Origin: Candidatus Poribacteria bacterium
GTDB taxonomy: Bacteria; Poribacteria; WGA-4E; PCPOR2b
Assembly: GCA_965215015.1 (NCBI GenBank)
Contig: OZ244042.1
Location: forward strand, 4,096,001-4,160,000
Direction: 5' to 3'
DNA length: 64,000 nt
A model generated the notes under the pieces. The model was not told where the DNA came from. It ran no database searches and worked only from the letters and a program-made list of their open reading frames with translations. Within the stretch, counting starts at the first letter, position 1; every line of letters begins with the position of its first letter. Of this stretch, positions 51,415-59,718 are shown piece by piece. Both the position numbers and the translations under genes were made by a program.

Positions 51415-52368
51415 TCAGAATCCGCGTCTCTTACCAACAACGTTTTGCAGTGGTTCCCCTTTCAGGTAGCGTTCCAAGTTCTCGCAGAAGAACTCAAAGG
51501 TCTTGCGTGGACGATGTTGGGAAGATCCAGCGCGGTGCGGGGTGATAATCAGGTTAGGGATGTCCCAGAGTGGGCTCTCTGGGGGTGGGGGTTCAATTTC
51601 AGTTACGTCTAAACCGGCTCCGGCAATTTCACCATTCTTCAGTGCATGAACGAGGGCATCCTCGTCAATAATACCACCACGAGTAACGTTGACTAGGTAG
51701 GCAGTCTGTTTCATAGCAGCGAGTTCCTCGCTCCCAATCAGATGATAGGTCTCCGGAGTTTTGGGGCAGGCGAGCATGACCGCGTCCGAACGGCTAAGTA
51801 GGTCGTGCAGGTTTTCCCGTGTTGCCGGTTTTAGTTCGGTGACTTCGTCCGGCTTGTCTTGGCGCACCGGATCGATGGCCAGGATGGTCATGTCGTAACC
51901 GCGGGCCCGCAGCACCATCTCTATGCCAAAGCCACCCAAACCGATAATTCCGAGAGTACTCCCTGTCAGTTCAACCGCTGGCATCTGCCATATTCTGCGT
52001 CCTTCGCTTCCCCTAACGTGCGGGATACCTCGCGCTAGACACAAAAGCAATGCCCAGGCGTGTTCACCACCTTGGCTTGCGTAGAGCCCTGCCATGTTGG
52101 TAACGACAACATCATCTCTCTCGATGATTTCCGGAAATAGAAAGTTATCCATACCTGCGCTGTTGGATTGAATCCAGCGGAGTTTCGGGGCGGCGGCACA
52201 AACCGAGGGGAGGAAAAGTCCCAATATGACCTCTGTCTCTGGTGCAAATTGGAGGGCTTCCTCCTCGCTGGTGGCGTGGCAAACTTCGTGGGCGCCGCAT
52301 TTGTGTGCAATTTGTTGGAAGGTTTTGATCTGCGCTTCGTCAAAGGAAAAATGGATTAGTATTCTCAT
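51415..52368 (-). CDS. D-2-hydroxyacid dehydrogenase family protein
   Basis: GIIGLGGFG, VNVTRG, AGLDVTEIEP, ITPHRAG. Confidence 0.93.
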   Translation of the reverse strand: MRILIHFSFDEAQIKTFQQIAHKCGAHEVCHATSEEEALQFAPETEVILGLFLPSVCAAAPKLRWIQSNSAGMDNFLFPEIIERDDVVVTNMAGLYASQGGEHAWALLLCLARGIPHVRGSEGRRIWQMPAVELTGSTLGIIGLGGFGIEMVLRARGYDMTILAIDPVRQDKPDEVTELKPATRENLHDLLSRSDAVMLACPKTPETYHLIGSEELAAMKQTAYLVNVTRGGIIDEDALVHALKNGEIAGAGLDVTEIEPPPPESPLWDIPNLIITPHRAGSSQHRPRKTFEFFCENLERYLKGEPLQNVVGKRRGF

Positions 52369-52563
52369 GATTGTTTCCTAAAAGACCAATCTCCATGAAA
52401 ATAGGGACCGGTGGGGAAAATTGGGTGGCAGTTCACTCTAACTATGATACCATCTTATCATAGGTCAATTTTTAGAACAATAAAAAAAGTGACGCAATGC
52501 AGATATTTATTTTATTTTTTTATAAAGATTTAACCTCAACAACTGGCATAGACGGAGGGCAAC

Positions 52564-53484
52564 ATGATTATAGACTCACATCAACACGCCTACTACCACG
52601 GTGTCAATCCTACTGGTATCATCACCGAAATGGATAATTTCGAGATTGACGTAACGTGGCTGCTGACTTGGTATCTGCCGCCGGCAGAGGATGCGCCGGG
52701 AAGTTGCCGCGCTTTTAATCCTTACAATATTCGGCCGGATGGCACACATGCAGGTGCCACCTTAGATGAACTCCTCGATGCGCGAGATCGATACCCGGAT
52801 CGCTTTATCGCCGGATATTGTCCGTGTCCATCCGAGGGAGATGCGGCGGCACTTTTTGAAGCCGCCTATCACATGCACGGGGTACGGGTCTGTGGAGAGT
52901 GGAGCTACCGTATGTTGTTGGACGACCCACGCGCATTGGAACTGTTCCATAAAGCTGGTGAGCTAAAGTGTCCGGTCGTGTTACACTTGGACGTTCCTTA
53001 TCTACCGGATGGAAAAGGCAAACAGGTTTATCAAACCTACTGGTACGGGGGAGGCGCAGGTCCTTTGGAACGTACCTTGCAAGCGTGCCCCGAAACAATT
53101 TTCATCGGCCATGCCCCCGGCTTCTGGCGGTATATCAGTGGAGATGCGGATACCGATCCGGCGACATATCCTCGGGGACCTATTAGACCCGGCGGTCAAG
53201 TACAACGCCTTCTCAATACCTATCCCAACCTCTACGCAGATCTGTCTGCCGGATCCGGACTGGGCGCGTTGCAGAGAGATATAGGACACGCAAAGGAATT
53301 TCTCACCCACTATGCAGACCGCCTGCTCTTTGGCCGGGATCAACACGGTCAAGCCCTACAACTATTTCTGGGTGGACTCGCGCTTCCTGATGAAGTGGCA
53401 AATAAGATTTTTTATCGAAATGCGCTACGGTTGGTGCCCCTCCCGGAATGCAGATTGAGGTACAGTAACGAAAATATCAATTGA
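52564..53484 (+). CDS. Amidohydrolase family protein
   Basis: IIDSHQH, PVVLH, IGHAPG, YADLS, LLFGRD. Confidence 0.88.
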   Translation: MIIDSHQHAYYHGVNPTGIITEMDNFEIDVTWLLTWYLPPAEDAPGSCRAFNPYNIRPDGTHAGATLDELLDARDRYPDRFIAGYCPCPSEGDAAALFEAAYHMHGVRVCGEWSYRMLLDDPRALELFHKAGELKCPVVLHLDVPYLPDGKGKQVYQTYWYGGGAGPLERTLQACPETIFIGHAPGFWRYISGDADTDPATYPRGPIRPGGQVQRLLNTYPNLYADLSAGSGLGALQRDIGHAKEFLTHYADRLLFGRDQHGQALQLFLGGLALPDEVANKIFYRNALRLVPLPECRLRYSNENIN

Positions 53485-53486
53485 TA

Positions 53487-53515
53487 TTGACGTTGCCCTT
53501 GCTTTCTGCTAAAAT
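53487..53515 (+). promoter_or_regulatory. sigma70 promoter TTGACG-17-TAAAAT with extended TG
   Basis: Upstream of the uxuA-like gene. Confidence 0.6.
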
Positions 53516-53619
53516 AGCGCGCCGACTGGGAACCGTAAATAATAAATCTAAGCGGTAGCTTTCAGTCGCTCCAATGAAACTACCTACTTATCACGTTTCA
53601 AATCTAGGAGAATACAATC

Positions 53620-54636
53620 ATGGCAAAACACCCAATGGAAACCATCGAACCAGGTATCAAAGTCACAGCACAAATGTCCCCCGAACCGAGCGAGGAAGAC
53701 CTACAATTCACCAAGCAGATGGGGGTCGAATATGTGGTGCTCTGGACAGATGGTGAACATGCCAATTACGACTATTTTATGAGTCGGCGGGAGATTTTTG
53801 AGAACGCCGGATTAAAAATCTACGGTTTCGGCAACGGCGATGTCCACAACCAGGACGCGATTGTGCTGAACCTGCCCAACCGCGATGAGAAAATCGAGCA
53901 GTATAAACGATATATCCGGGACCTAGGCCGCGCCGGGATTCCATACACCACCTACGCCCACATGGGCAACGGCATCTGGAGCACAGAACGTGAAACAACC
54001 CGTGGTGGCGCGAGTGCGAGGGGATTTGACCTAAACCAAGCGCAAGAGGGGCATTGGCGGGAAAAAACTTATCAGATGCCGCTCTCACACGGCCGTGAAT
54101 ACTCAGAACAGGAGATTTGGGACAACTACACCCATTTCATCAAAGAAGCTGCGCCGGTAGCAGAGGAAGCTGGAGTGATGATTGGCATCCATCCCGATGA
54201 CCCACCCGTTCCAAAACTAGCGGGCATCCCGCGCTGCATCTTCAGCAGTTTTGAGGGCTACAAGCGAGCATTTGAAATTGCCGACAGTCCTAATGTCGGA
54301 ATGTGTCTCTGTGTCGGTTGCTGGTTAGAGGGGGGCGAATTGATGGGTAAGGACGTCCTAGAATCCATGCGGTTCTTCGGTGAATGGGGCAAGGTCTTCA
54401 AGGTGCATTTCCGCAATGTAGACCAACCGCTGCCACACTTTGTCGAGACCTTTGTGGACAACGGGTATCAAGACATGTATCAAGTGATGAAGGTTATGCG
54501 CGAGGTGAACTTCAAAGGCGTTGCGATTCCAGACCACATCCCATCTATGGTGGGCGATCGAAGCGGGACAGCCTACACCATCGCCTATATGAACGCACTC
54601 GTTAAACGAGCAAATGAGGAAGTTGGTGGCGTATAG
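53620..54636 (+). CDS. uxuA: Mannonate dehydratase family protein
   Basis: IHPDDPP, VHFRNV, FVETFVDNG, IPDHIP. Confidence 0.85.
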   Translation: MAKHPMETIEPGIKVTAQMSPEPSEEDLQFTKQMGVEYVVLWTDGEHANYDYFMSRREIFENAGLKIYGFGNGDVHNQDAIVLNLPNRDEKIEQYKRYIRDLGRAGIPYTTYAHMGNGIWSTERETTRGGASARGFDLNQAQEGHWREKTYQMPLSHGREYSEQEIWDNYTHFIKEAAPVAEEAGVMIGIHPDDPPVPKLAGIPRCIFSSFEGYKRAFEIADSPNVGMCLCVGCWLEGGELMGKDVLESMRFFGEWGKVFKVHFRNVDQPLPHFVETFVDNGYQDMYQVMKVMREVNFKGVAIPDHIPSMVGDRSGTAYTIAYMNALVKRANEEVGGV

Positions 54637-54736
54637 GGGAGTTTAACAGTACAAGGACTTGTGCCCCTCGGTAGAGAATTCGGCAAACACTCTGTAATCA
54701 TCGCGCTGCCTGCCACAACCCCAAGTGATTATCGCT

Positions 54737-54765
54737 AGTAGTAGGCATACTCCATGCCTACTACT
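54737..54765. repeat. GTAG-family REP-like palindrome AGTAGTAGGCAT-N5-ATGCCTACTACT
   Basis: Perfect 12-bp stem; partial copies at 12359-12397, 20501-20523, 63804-63830 and inside both arrays. Confidence 0.75.
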
Positions 54766-54987
54766 TTGGGAAATCTACCGTAAACCGAGTTGTCCTTAAT
54801 CGCTCAAATTGCTTTGGATCCCGATCTTATCGGGGCACATCAGGTTGAAAACTCTCGGAACGGAGATTGGTTCAATCCGTTAAATGTCAACAGAACCTAG
54901 CTCCTGAGTTACCTTGTAACTTTGCAAGCCGTACGTAACCGGGGTTGTAGATATTTATTCAAAAATGTACAGGTAAAATCTATCGGT

Positions 54988-55725
54988 TTATCGCTCTCGA
55001 CGAATCCATTGGACTGCTGCTTGCAAGGTACTGTCGTTGTTATATTGCGAGACTATTTCCCTTAGCACAGTGGGAGACGCTTTTTGCAGTGCCTGCACCT
55101 CCTGAATTAGCAGCGGCAGGGCCCGCACCACATTATCCACAATAGTCACACCCGCCTGCTTAGCGGTTCGCGACATCGGGTTAAGGTCAACGGTTACCAC
55201 TATTTTGCCCATTTTCCGTAATGCTTCGCAACGGTCACCGTCCTCAAGAGGAACGAATACCACATCGGCGCGAAAGATTCCCTCTGGATGGACGAACTTC
55301 CGGTTTGAATCGATAAACGGCAGCTGTGCGTCCGTTCCAGGCATTAATACTTGACCCGCTCCATGTTTTTTGAGATACTTCTGTATCGCTTTCTCCCGTT
55401 TTTTAGAGGTGTGAAAGATATTTACCTCTAACGGGGCTTTGAGGACATTTGCAAACGCGACCAATTCACCGGGTGTCAGGGATGCGACATTTCCATTAAC
55501 GGAGATTACGGGGTGTTCGGCGAGTAAAAGGATGGCAGCCCCGGCACGGATTGCATTCATAGCGAAAGGTTGTGTTTTTTCGCCGATGAGGTAATCGAAG
55601 GCTTCGCCGCGACCATGCGCCATCAGACCGTGGATGGAGGTCACTCCGCTCTCCACACCGGCGACAATTGTATCTCGCAGCTTCAACGACACATACCGGG
55701 GATGATTCTCAGGAACATCGCTCAT
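54988..55725 (-). CDS. Archaeal-type phosphopantothenate synthetase (4-phosphopantoate--beta-alanine ligase, PPS)
   Basis: HPRYVSL, AHGRGEAFDYLIGE, PVISVNGN, VPLEDGDR, DLNPMSRTA. Confidence 0.93.
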   Translation of the reverse strand: MSDVPENHPRYVSLKLRDTIVAGVESGVTSIHGLMAHGRGEAFDYLIGEKTQPFAMNAIRAGAAILLLAEHPVISVNGNVASLTPGELVAFANVLKAPLEVNIFHTSKKREKAIQKYLKKHGAGQVLMPGTDAQLPFIDSNRKFVHPEGIFRADVVFVPLEDGDRCEALRKMGKIVVTVDLNPMSRTAKQAGVTIVDNVVRALPLLIQEVQALQKASPTVLREIVSQYNNDSTLQAAVQWIRRER

Positions 55726-56561
55726 AACAACCTCCCCTTCTCACCTTTAGAGAGTTTTGTTGCATTTGCCTTTTCAAAAGATTGGGTGCTGAACACGGCA
55801 TTTCCCAACATAATCATGGACGCAACCCCTCCCGCCGCCTCGATTTCACGGATAACCTCCTGTACATGTGCGTCCTCTAACAATCCACTATTGATGGAGA
55901 ACTGTTTGGACAACCGAATACACGCGTTAAAATCAACTGCGTCCGATTTGGTCAGTTTTTCTAAAGCTTGCAATGCCTCATCAGCCGCTCTGTTGATACG
56001 GTCTCTCCGCCCTGCATTTTCGAGGATGGTTTTCGTCTGGATAGAGCTAAAATATCGGTAGTAGATGGATTGTTCTGGAATCGGCAGCCGTTCTGCAGCG
56101 AGGGGATAACCTATCTTCAATTTGACGAGACAACCACCGTGGTATTGGGCGCAGACATCACCCAACCCCGTCCGATTTTCCACCTCAGCTACATGGGCAC
56201 TCATCGCCAATTCTTCCTCAGATTTGCCCAATCCTAGTAAGGCATTAAGTGCATACGCCGTGGCGAGCGAAGCTGCTCCACTCAGTCCGAACCCGCACCC
56301 AAGCGGCAGGGGAGAATCAATTTCTACTTCCACTGGCTGGGCTGTCAATTTTTGAACGACCGACACAACGGTAGGAAAATGAATCTGGCTGCTGTTAAAT
56401 CGGACAGTAGTCTGGCTACTACTCTGGGAAACCGTTACAACAACACCTTCTGTAATAGTAAATCCCATGCCGAGCGAGTGCATCTGGGTTGCTTCTGGGT
56501 GAGGGATAATCTTGAATACGCAAGAGAGATTGCCGGGTGCGAATGCTTTCGCCTTTTCCAT
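55722..56561 (-). CDS. Archaeal-type pantoate kinase (PoK, GHMP family)
   Basis: AFAPGN, PLGCGFGLSGA, AHVAEVENRTGLGDV, SMIMLGNAVF; 4-bp overlap with PPS. Confidence 0.9.
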   Translation of the reverse strand: MEKAKAFAPGNLSCVFKIIPHPEATQMHSLGMGFTITEGVVVTVSQSSSQTTVRFNSSQIHFPTVVSVVQKLTAQPVEVEIDSPLPLGCGFGLSGAASLATAYALNALLGLGKSEEELAMSAHVAEVENRTGLGDVCAQYHGGCLVKLKIGYPLAAERLPIPEQSIYYRYFSSIQTKTILENAGRRDRINRAADEALQALEKLTKSDAVDFNACIRLSKQFSINSGLLEDAHVQEVIREIEAAGGVASMIMLGNAVFSTQSFEKANATKLSKGEKGRLL

Positions 56562-56620
56562 CTTTTCCTTGTTTCCGTTGGGATTGGTCCACTGACTACT
56601 TACTACATATTTCGCCAAAT

Positions 56621-56648
56621 ATTATACGGATTTGGAGGACAGTGTCAA
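56621..56648 (-). promoter_or_regulatory. sigma70 promoter TTGACA-16-TATAAT of the PoK-PPS operon
   Basis: tgtcaa at 56643-56648 and attata at 56621-56626. Confidence 0.7.
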
Positions 56649-56852
56649 CGGAAATCAACGAACCCAGTAGAGTCATTTTGTTCTTCTGTAGGTTGAAAAC
56701 TCTCGGAACGGAGCGGAATCTCCGAATCCCGTCATATCGTTCAGACAGGGAGAAAATCGAAAATTAAATAGCTCTAACGAGCCCAGAAATACGCGAATGA
56801 GCAAATCAAATTCACAATCTCAGTATAAACCGAATCAATTCAAGGAGAGCTT

Positions 56853-57644
56853 ATGAGTGAGATAATTCTATCTTGTACGACATGTGCGTTGCGAAATCCA
56901 CCTTTGGATGAAATCTTGGAAACGTTCAAGCACGCACCACAAGCGGGGTATACCCACTGGGGATTGGCGGGACCCATTACTTGGACCCCTGGACTTATCC
57001 GGTGGTTGGATACAGAGGGGCTCCAGCGTCAGGCAGCTGAAGCGGGGTTGAAAGGATTGACTGAGGTTTACGCGGCAGCGATTTCTACCGACTCCGTTAA
57101 GGCAGCAGAGAGTTCTGTCGAAGATTTGCTGCTCAATATTGAGGCAGCGGTTAAACTAAAGTGTCCTTTGCTCGTATTTTCAGGAGGGAAGCGGCAGGCA
57201 GACGGTTTGACGCATACGCTTGCCGGACTCGACAAACTCTCTGAGGCAATTGCCGATCTACCCGTAAAGGTAGCATTGGAGCCGCATGTGGGGTCTCAAT
57301 TTCAGAATGAGGCGGATTACGCGGAAATTTTCGCACATATTACCACAAAACAGATTGGCATTACAATTGATACAGGACACTTTCACGTGGCAAGCGTGGA
57401 CTGGAAAACACTCATCCGTAGGTATTCCGACCGCATTTACAACGTCCATGTGAAAGACCACATCGGTCATCAATCCGTTCCGATTGGGGAGGGAGAAATC
57501 GATATGCCGGGACTGATTTATGAACTCCGCGCGATAGACTACCGTGGTCCATTTGCCGTTGAGTTGGAGGTCGAGGACCCAGAAAATCTTCCCCGGTACG
57601 TCGCCGATGCTTACCAATATCTATCAGGTTTAATTCACGTCTGA
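56853..57644 (+). CDS. Sugar phosphate isomerase/epimerase (xylose-isomerase-like TIM barrel)
   Basis: ALEPH, IDTGH, VHVKD, IGEGEID, VELE. Confidence 0.88.
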   Translation: MSEIILSCTTCALRNPPLDEILETFKHAPQAGYTHWGLAGPITWTPGLIRWLDTEGLQRQAAEAGLKGLTEVYAAAISTDSVKAAESSVEDLLLNIEAAVKLKCPLLVFSGGKRQADGLTHTLAGLDKLSEAIADLPVKVALEPHVGSQFQNEADYAEIFAHITTKQIGITIDTGHFHVASVDWKTLIRRYSDRIYNVHVKDHIGHQSVPIGEGEIDMPGLIYELRAIDYRGPFAVELEVEDPENLPRYVADAYQYLSGLIHV

Positions 57645-57668
57645 TAACAGATGGGTTGTTCGTTTGTA

Positions 57669-58397
57669 TCATCTCTCGACTTTCAGTTGACCCCATATCG
57701 TAGCAAGTTTTTCCTTTGATTGAATGCTCTGAGGCAGCAATTCAGTATCATACGCTTCCACGGTTGCAAGTGCACGTCGCAACAATCCCTGCGACCCTCC
57801 GATGGCATAAACCTTTCCCTGTACAGTATTGGTAGAGAGATTTCCTCTTGGAGTAGGTATATTTGGTGCTTTTTCCCAAGTATTTGTCGCCGGGTCATAG
57901 ACTTCAACGCTCTGAAGCCCCTCACGACCATTTGGTGTTCCCCCAACGGCATAAATCTTTCCGTTGACGGCACTGGTCGATAATCCCCATCTTGGCGTGG
58001 GCATATTTGTTTTCTGCGTCCAAGTATTTGTCGCCGGATCATATGCTTCGACGACAGCAAGCATCCCACCGAGGTTTCCGCCACCGATGGCATAAATCGT
58101 ATCATCCACCGAGCTCGTGGAAAATCCTTCCCGTCGGGTTGGCATGTCGGCTTTCTTAGTCCACCTGTCTGTCAGGGGATTATATTCTTCTGTCTTAGAC
58201 AAAAGCGTATTACCCACTCTCCCCCCAATAGCATAAATCTTTCCTTGCACCGTGCAGGTGGATAGCGCAAATCTTGCGGTTGGCATATCCGCTTTCTGTC
58301 CCCATTTTCCACCCTTGGCAAGACACAGTGGAGGCACAACCCAGAAAATTGCTGTGAATATGAGAATAGTTTTGAACGTCAACCCTTTCAGAATCAA
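57669..58397 (-). CDS. Secreted Kelch-repeat protein with C-terminal KLATIWGQLK tail
   Basis: Signal peptide; four MPTxR..YAxGG..ExYxP..W repeats. Confidence 0.9.
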   Translation of the reverse strand: MILKGLTFKTILIFTAIFWVVPPLCLAKGGKWGQKADMPTARFALSTCTVQGKIYAIGGRVGNTLLSKTEEYNPLTDRWTKKADMPTRREGFSTSSVDDTIYAIGGGNLGGMLAVVEAYDPATNTWTQKTNMPTPRWGLSTSAVNGKIYAVGGTPNGREGLQSVEVYDPATNTWEKAPNIPTPRGNLSTNTVQGKVYAIGGSQGLLRRALATVEAYDTELLPQSIQSKEKLATIWGQLKVER

Positions 58398-58541
58398 AAC
58401 TCCCTTCCTTTAGCTATCTGGGGGGTGCTCATAGATAGGTTTTGATGCCTGTACTTCTCAACACCTTCCCCCCTACCATTGACGCAGGCACCCTCGCTTG
58501 AATTCCGCTATCATGCGTCTCGAATTATGCACACCCCTCAG

Positions 58542-59648
58542 CTATCTGTGCCAGTCGTACTCAAGCCCTAGAGAACGATCTTCTAGTGGGAGGTCAATCC
58601 GCTCGCCACCTTGAACGGAAGACAGCTTTATCGCAATCTCAACTTCGAGCGCAACAGCAACCCGTCTGCCCGAATTTTTCGGTTCGTCAAGTTCGCCCGC
58701 TAAGCAGGCAATCACATCTGCCAACCCATGAATCGTGCCGCCACCGACCTGCATCTTAGGTCCCGGCCACGGCATCTCTATCCGGTTCCGTCCTGCGAGG
58801 GTCTCCACATCCTGAAATAGGGTCCAGTCGGAGTAATGCTCCGGGTGGAAAAGTTCGCCCTCTGTACCGGTAATCCGTACCGCCGGAGCACCCTTCCTGA
58901 AGTGCACGATAAGACCTGTGTCGGTAGCCATCATCCCTTGACCACGAAACTCATTGCTGCCCGATTCGCGCTTGGGCAAATCTCCCAAGCCGATAACCCA
59001 AGCAGGGGAGCTATCAACAAAATACGACCAGTTTTGGTGCTGGGATAGATTTTTGTCCGACTCCGCCTCAATAGAAAGCACCTCACCAATTGCGCCACTT
59101 GTTACCAAATCCTTGGCTGTGTCAAACGCAGGATGGTTGGTTGAGATAGCACCACAACAGAGAGGTACACCGGCATCAGTGCAGGTGTTAACCATGCGGT
59201 CTGCCTCCTCAAGGGTGTAAGCCATCGGCTTCTCTGTCACAATCCCTTTCGCGCCGCATTCTACGGCATAGCAGGTCAGATCAGACCGTCCCTTGGTATT
59301 GGTAGAAATAGCAACGATATCCGGCTTTTCCTTCCGCAGCATCTCCATAGGATCGGTGTATAGTACTTGGAGGCCATAACGTTCCCCGAAAGCTGCGAGT
59401 CGTTTGTGGTCCCGTTCAGCAGCGGCGACTAATTCTATTTCTGGCCGGTCTGATAATGCTTCCGCGTAGCTGCTCGGCATCGATTTTTTCGGCAGATGTC
59501 GATCGTGGTAGTAAAACTTGCGGTGGATATCCAATTCGGGTGTGGGACGGTCGATATCGTCTACATGCCACACTCCCATTCGCTGTGCTAGGTCGTAGAG
59601 CAGCCCCATCCACCCCAGTCCGATGACTGCCCCTCGATATTTCGCCAT
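58542..59648 (-). CDS. Gfo/Idh/MocA family oxidoreductase
   Basis: VIGLGWMG, TEKPMA, GAIGEV. Confidence 0.87.
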   Translation of the reverse strand: MAKYRGAVIGLGWMGLLYDLAQRMGVWHVDDIDRPTPELDIHRKFYYHDRHLPKKSMPSSYAEALSDRPEIELVAAAERDHKRLAAFGERYGLQVLYTDPMEMLRKEKPDIVAISTNTKGRSDLTCYAVECGAKGIVTEKPMAYTLEEADRMVNTCTDAGVPLCCGAISTNHPAFDTAKDLVTSGAIGEVLSIEAESDKNLSQHQNWSYFVDSSPAWVIGLGDLPKRESGSNEFRGQGMMATDTGLIVHFRKGAPAVRITGTEGELFHPEHYSDWTLFQDVETLAGRNRIEMPWPGPKMQVGGGTIHGLADVIACLAGELDEPKNSGRRVAVALEVEIAIKLSSVQGGERIDLPLEDRSLGLEYDWHR

Positions 59649-59718
59649 TTTTATCTCCTTATTCTAATCACGATTTTGACGTCGCTTGGCTAATCCACCT
59701 CAAAATTTTCCGGGAGCG

